NCBI GenBank assembly: GCA_038867615.1
Contig: JAWBYA010000001.1
Location: forward strand, 416,001 to 480,000
Source of the DNA: Sulfolobales archaeon
GTDB lineage: Archaea > Thermoproteota > Thermoprotei_A > Sulfolobales > AG1
Direction: 5' to 3'
DNA length: 64,000 nt
The position numbers and the translations under genes were made by a program. A model generated the notes under the pieces. It did no database searches, was not told the origin of the DNA, and saw only the letters and a program-made list of their open reading frames with translations. Of the stretch, positions 61,255 through 64,000 are shown piece by piece; the stretch's first letter is position 1; each line of letters opens with the position of its first letter.

Positions 61255-61677
61255 TTAGCCGTAGAATCGCATTAGTGGTGGGTTGTTTAGGTACATGATG
61301 CCTAGGCATAGGATCTTCTCGGCGTTTGATAATATGTCTTTGAGGGATCCCATGCCTTTTTTGAGGAACTCTATGGATCCGTAGAATAGGGCTTTGCCCT
61401 TGAGGCCTGCGAGCTCTATCTCCAAGAATATCCTTGATAACACGTGGGCGAGGGTATGGGATCTTACGGGTTTGGGTAGCCTCCTACAGATTGTGAGGAG
61501 AGCCCTGGCCTCGAGGGCTAGCTCCCTCCAGACCCCAAGCCTTAGAGCCTTCCTAATATATTTTGTAACAACCTCGCTCGTTATAAACCTGGGTGCTAGG
61601 AGCTTTAAGAGAACCCCGCGGATACTGTTCTTCAGGTTCTCACTTACATATTGATCGGGGTCTGGAGGGATGTACGT
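61255..61677 (-). CDS. Crenarchaeal hypothetical protein, 140 aa, probable ACG start (track shows the last 62 aa)
   Basis: Frame is open from TAG near 61693; YIPPDPDQY...KALRLGVWREL..EARALL...YLNNPP; AGGTG 7 nt before ACG. Confidence 0.6.
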   Translation of the reverse strand, partial: TYIPPDPDQYVSENLKNSIRGVLLKLLAPRFITSEVVTKYIRKALRLGVWRELALEARALLTICRRLPKPVRSHTLAHVLSRIFLEIELAGLKGKALFYGSIEFLKKGMGSLKDILSNAEKILCLGIMYLNNPPLMRFYG

Positions 61678-62083
61678 TTCGGAACACCTATTCTAATTTC
61701 TGTGGGGGTATTTAAGCCTTAAACACGAAATTTTCAAAGCCACGGTATTACTGTGTATCTCGCGGAAAACAACCACTAGGCGGCTTTAACGAATTTTATA
61801 GTACCGTATTACTATTTATTGTTCGTCCCTGGATGCTCGTCCGTGTTTGCCGACGATCTTTCGGATACTGTGTCCAGGGATCTCTGCTTAGATGGCTTAA
61901 AGTGCTGTTCCACTCTATCTGGCTCGAATCTTTCTCTCGCGTCTGAATATTCTGCTTGCTTGGGTCTCTACTATATATCTGCGGTCTGAGATACCTGTTG
62001 TTTGAATCCAAAGTTTGTTCGAAGATATATTGTGATGGGTTCTAAACAGGGGTTGGAGCGATATATTGGAAGCTTTGAGGTTT

Positions 62084-62614
62084 TTATGCTGTTTGGCGTA
62101 GTTTTTCGATCTCCCATTTTCTATGTGCTGCTGTTATGAGTATGATTGTTACGTATATTGCTAGGGTTAGGGTTACGCTCCAGAGTCTTATGCCCCATGG
62201 TGTGTAGTTGAGTATCAGTCCTATTAGTGGTACTATTGCTAGTGAGAGTCCTATTGAGAGGGCTAGCCTCTCAAGGGGTTTTAGGCTGTTTTCGTCTGGG
62301 TATAGGGCTTCTATTGTTGAGTATCCCGGGAGGAATAATACATAGATTGCTCCAAGAACATATCTAGAGGGTTTTAAGGGTTCGAGCTGGAGCATCTCTG
62401 TAGATACTATGATAGCTATCGTTAGCCATGTCAATGCTAGCCCAGTCCAGAGCCATAATGTATATGGGGGTCTGAAGAGATACTCCTTGAAGCTATGTGG
62501 AGGACTCGGATCCACAAGCCTAAGCTCACCGTTAGACGCCAGCCTATAGACATCGGCTAGAACCCTAAACTTAGGACCGCCTTTCTTTCTAATGTGATCC
62601 TCTAGGGTCTCCAT
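62084..62614 (-). CDS. DUF1616-family membrane protein (TM half)
   Basis: LFLPGY...ALYP...LERLALSIGLSLAIVPLIGLILNYTPWGI; start taken at METLED. Confidence 0.82.
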   Translation of the reverse strand: METLEDHIRKKGGPKFRVLADVYRLASNGELRLVDPSPPHSFKEYLFRPPYTLWLWTGLALTWLTIAIIVSTEMLQLEPLKPSRYVLGAIYVLFLPGYSTIEALYPDENSLKPLERLALSIGLSLAIVPLIGLILNYTPWGIRLWSVTLTLAIYVTIILITAAHRKWEIEKLRQTA

Positions 62615-62615
62615 C

Positions 62616-63110
62616 TCAGCCCACCACGCTAACGTATAGATGGTTCCACCTTCCAGAATAAACCCACTCCATCCTCCCAGCATCATAGAGCCATAGCTCG
62701 AATATTAGTGCAACCTTCTCTCCGATCTTTAGCTCCTTAGGTATGGTTATTACTATTATGCGTGTCTCGTTAGCCCCATGGCTCAATACACCTCTCCACT
62801 CAGCTATCGGAGGTTGGGACGAGGGCTTCTCCTGAGTCGGCAGTGTCTCGTTAGATCCGATCTTATAGACTACACTCCAGTATATAGGTTTACCCTCATG
62901 GTTGTATACATATATGCATAGGGTCACATTATCCCCGGGGATCACCCTTTTAGGATAATCCCCGATCTTGCAGCTAGAGTCTAGAAGCCCTAGGGCTGTG
63001 AAGGGCTCCACAGAATAGTAATCCCTCAATGTTAAAGCCACCCCTAAGATCGAGGCTATAACCACTACCGCAAGTATGACGGCTAGAACCTCATCGTCTA
63101 GAAGCAACAA
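62616..63110 (-). CDS. DUF1616-family protein (extracellular half)
   Basis: EPFTALGLL...DYP, VYNHEG, LIFELW, WNHLYV. Confidence 0.8.
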   Translation of the reverse strand: MLLLDDEVLAVILAVVVIASILGVALTLRDYYSVEPFTALGLLDSSCKIGDYPKRVIPGDNVTLCIYVYNHEGKPIYWSVVYKIGSNETLPTQEKPSSQPPIAEWRGVLSHGANETRIIVITIPKELKIGEKVALIFELWLYDAGRMEWVYSGRWNHLYVSVVG

Positions 63111-63507
63111 GCCATCTCCTCCTAAAATAATACCACAGCCTTAGGTAAACCCTGGGTAGGCCGAAGTATACTATGAGGGGGAGTGAGAGGAAGGCTAGAA
63201 CCCTAACAGCTAATCCTAGATAGAACTGTACCTCTATAACCCAAGCCCTCTCCTCCAAACCCGAGATCTCAGCATTAACACCATCAACTACTCTGAGAGC
63301 CTCATCACGCTTCCCAGACTCCCACAGCCTAACCGCCTCACCCAGCCTGGCTACAATGCCATCAATATCGGTCTTCATGTTAAACCTCTCAAGCCTCGCC
63401 AGAGCCTCACCAACACGTGCATCAAAATCACCCTGGCTAACCTCAGCGTTAGCTAAGAGTGCTGTGAGGGCTAGGGTTAGGATTAAAGCTGCGATGAAGA
63501 TCTTCAA
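63091..63507 (-). CDS. Hypothetical secreted or membrane-anchored protein
   Basis: Signal-peptide-like N-terminus, helical core, C-terminal TM with basic tail. Confidence 0.7.
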   Translation of the reverse strand: MKIFIAALILTLALTALLANAEVSQGDFDARVGEALARLERFNMKTDIDGIVARLGEAVRLWESGKRDEALRVVDGVNAEISGLEERAWVIEVQFYLGLAVRVLAFLSLPLIVYFGLPRVYLRLWYYFRRRWLVASRR

Positions 63508-63998
63508 GCGCCAGCACCTACCTCTTCAAAATAGAGTGGGCAGCAGTATATAATTTTCACACCAACCCCTCTAAGCTTCCCGCAAACCCTCTCGTGGGTT
63601 TCGTGGATAACATAGGCATCTTCGAGATCCCTAGCATCGAGCCATGGCTTATGGTGTGTTATGAGGGTAACATTATCTCCACCCAGGGTTTCAGCAACTT
63701 TTAGCAGGTCTTCGACATTGACTAGGGTGCTTGAGACGGCTATTAGGAGTCCCTTCACATCAAAGATCCATGGATCCTTGGTCTGTTTCAAATCTTTAAG
63801 GTGGATCTTTAGGAGTCTTGCTATTTCAGAGTGTGTGAGGGGTTCGATGAACTCGTATATGCTAAGCTTATCCGCAACCTCGGGCTCCAGGACTTTGGAC
63901 AAGCTATATGCTATAAGCCCTGTAGGATCAAGATCCAGGGTCTCTCTGCTACTAGCGTCATAAACCTTTATCCTACCCCCCAGGCTCCTTGATGCGAG
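63504..63998 (-). CDS. 3' part of a larger gene cut by the window edge (possibly DUF58-like)
   Basis: Frame stays open from the track start (63902) to the window end; product guessed from context only. Confidence 0.5.
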   Translation of the reverse strand, partial: LASRSLGGRIKVYDASSRETLDLDPTGLIAYSLSKVLEPEVADKLSIYEFIEPLTHSEIARLLKIHLKDLKQTKDPWIFDVKGLLIAVSSTLVNVEDLLKVAETLGGDNVTLITHHKPWLDARDLEDAYVIHETHERVCGKLRGVGVKIIYCCPLYFEEVGAGA

Positions 63999-64000
63999 GG

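Noticed and set aside
1206-63963. Many antisense and overlapping ORFs in the track (e.g. 5688-6269, 7977-8459, 31530-32081, 36881-37615, 59971-60444)
   Set aside because: They lie within well-supported genes, have no recognisable motifs, and fit shadows of codon bias
1-64000. tRNA, rRNA, cas genes, true CRISPR array, integrase or provirus
   Set aside because: No T-loop or cloverleaf signatures, no repeat with three or more regularly spaced copies, and no integrase or viral hallmark proteins found by inspection

Overview
Archaeal chromosomal window, most likely a Thermoprotei/crenarchaeal hyperthermophile (Sm/Lsm, RIO2, DUF460, PaREP-type coiled-coil gene, GGTG-type RBSs, many TTG/GTG starts). 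All family assignments come from reading motifs; no searches were run. 0-34 kb is mainly catabolism: two acyl-CoA ligases with a double-TetR regulator, TusA-YeeE, hutU/I/G/H, an epimerase, amidase, formamidase, Lsm-RIO2-DUF460-comA, a small defence/TA patch, and a creatinase-like M24 hydrolase with a circularly permuted family-5 solute-binding protein and two permeases. 34.6-64 kb is a surface-glycosylation region: a MacB/FtsX-type ABC system with a DUF1616-containing membrane protein, then a minus-strand glycan locus (flippase, nucleotidyltransferase, two dTMP-kinase-like proteins, GT4/GT2, pyruvyltransferase, methyltransferases, YdjM-GT2 fusion, DUF1616 genes) with an AT-rich core. Signals the ORF track misses: (1) a 344-bp transposase-less IS607/TnpB-like element that splits a gene without a target-site duplication and has a 208-bp sibling, possibly a promoter plus omega-RNA cassette; (2) a solitary Sulfolobales-type CRISPR repeat with a degenerate partner next to a 41-aa ORF; (3) three genes that appear to start at CTG, ATT and ACG; (4) several frameshifted genes. 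No tRNA, rRNA, cas gene or true CRISPR array was seen.
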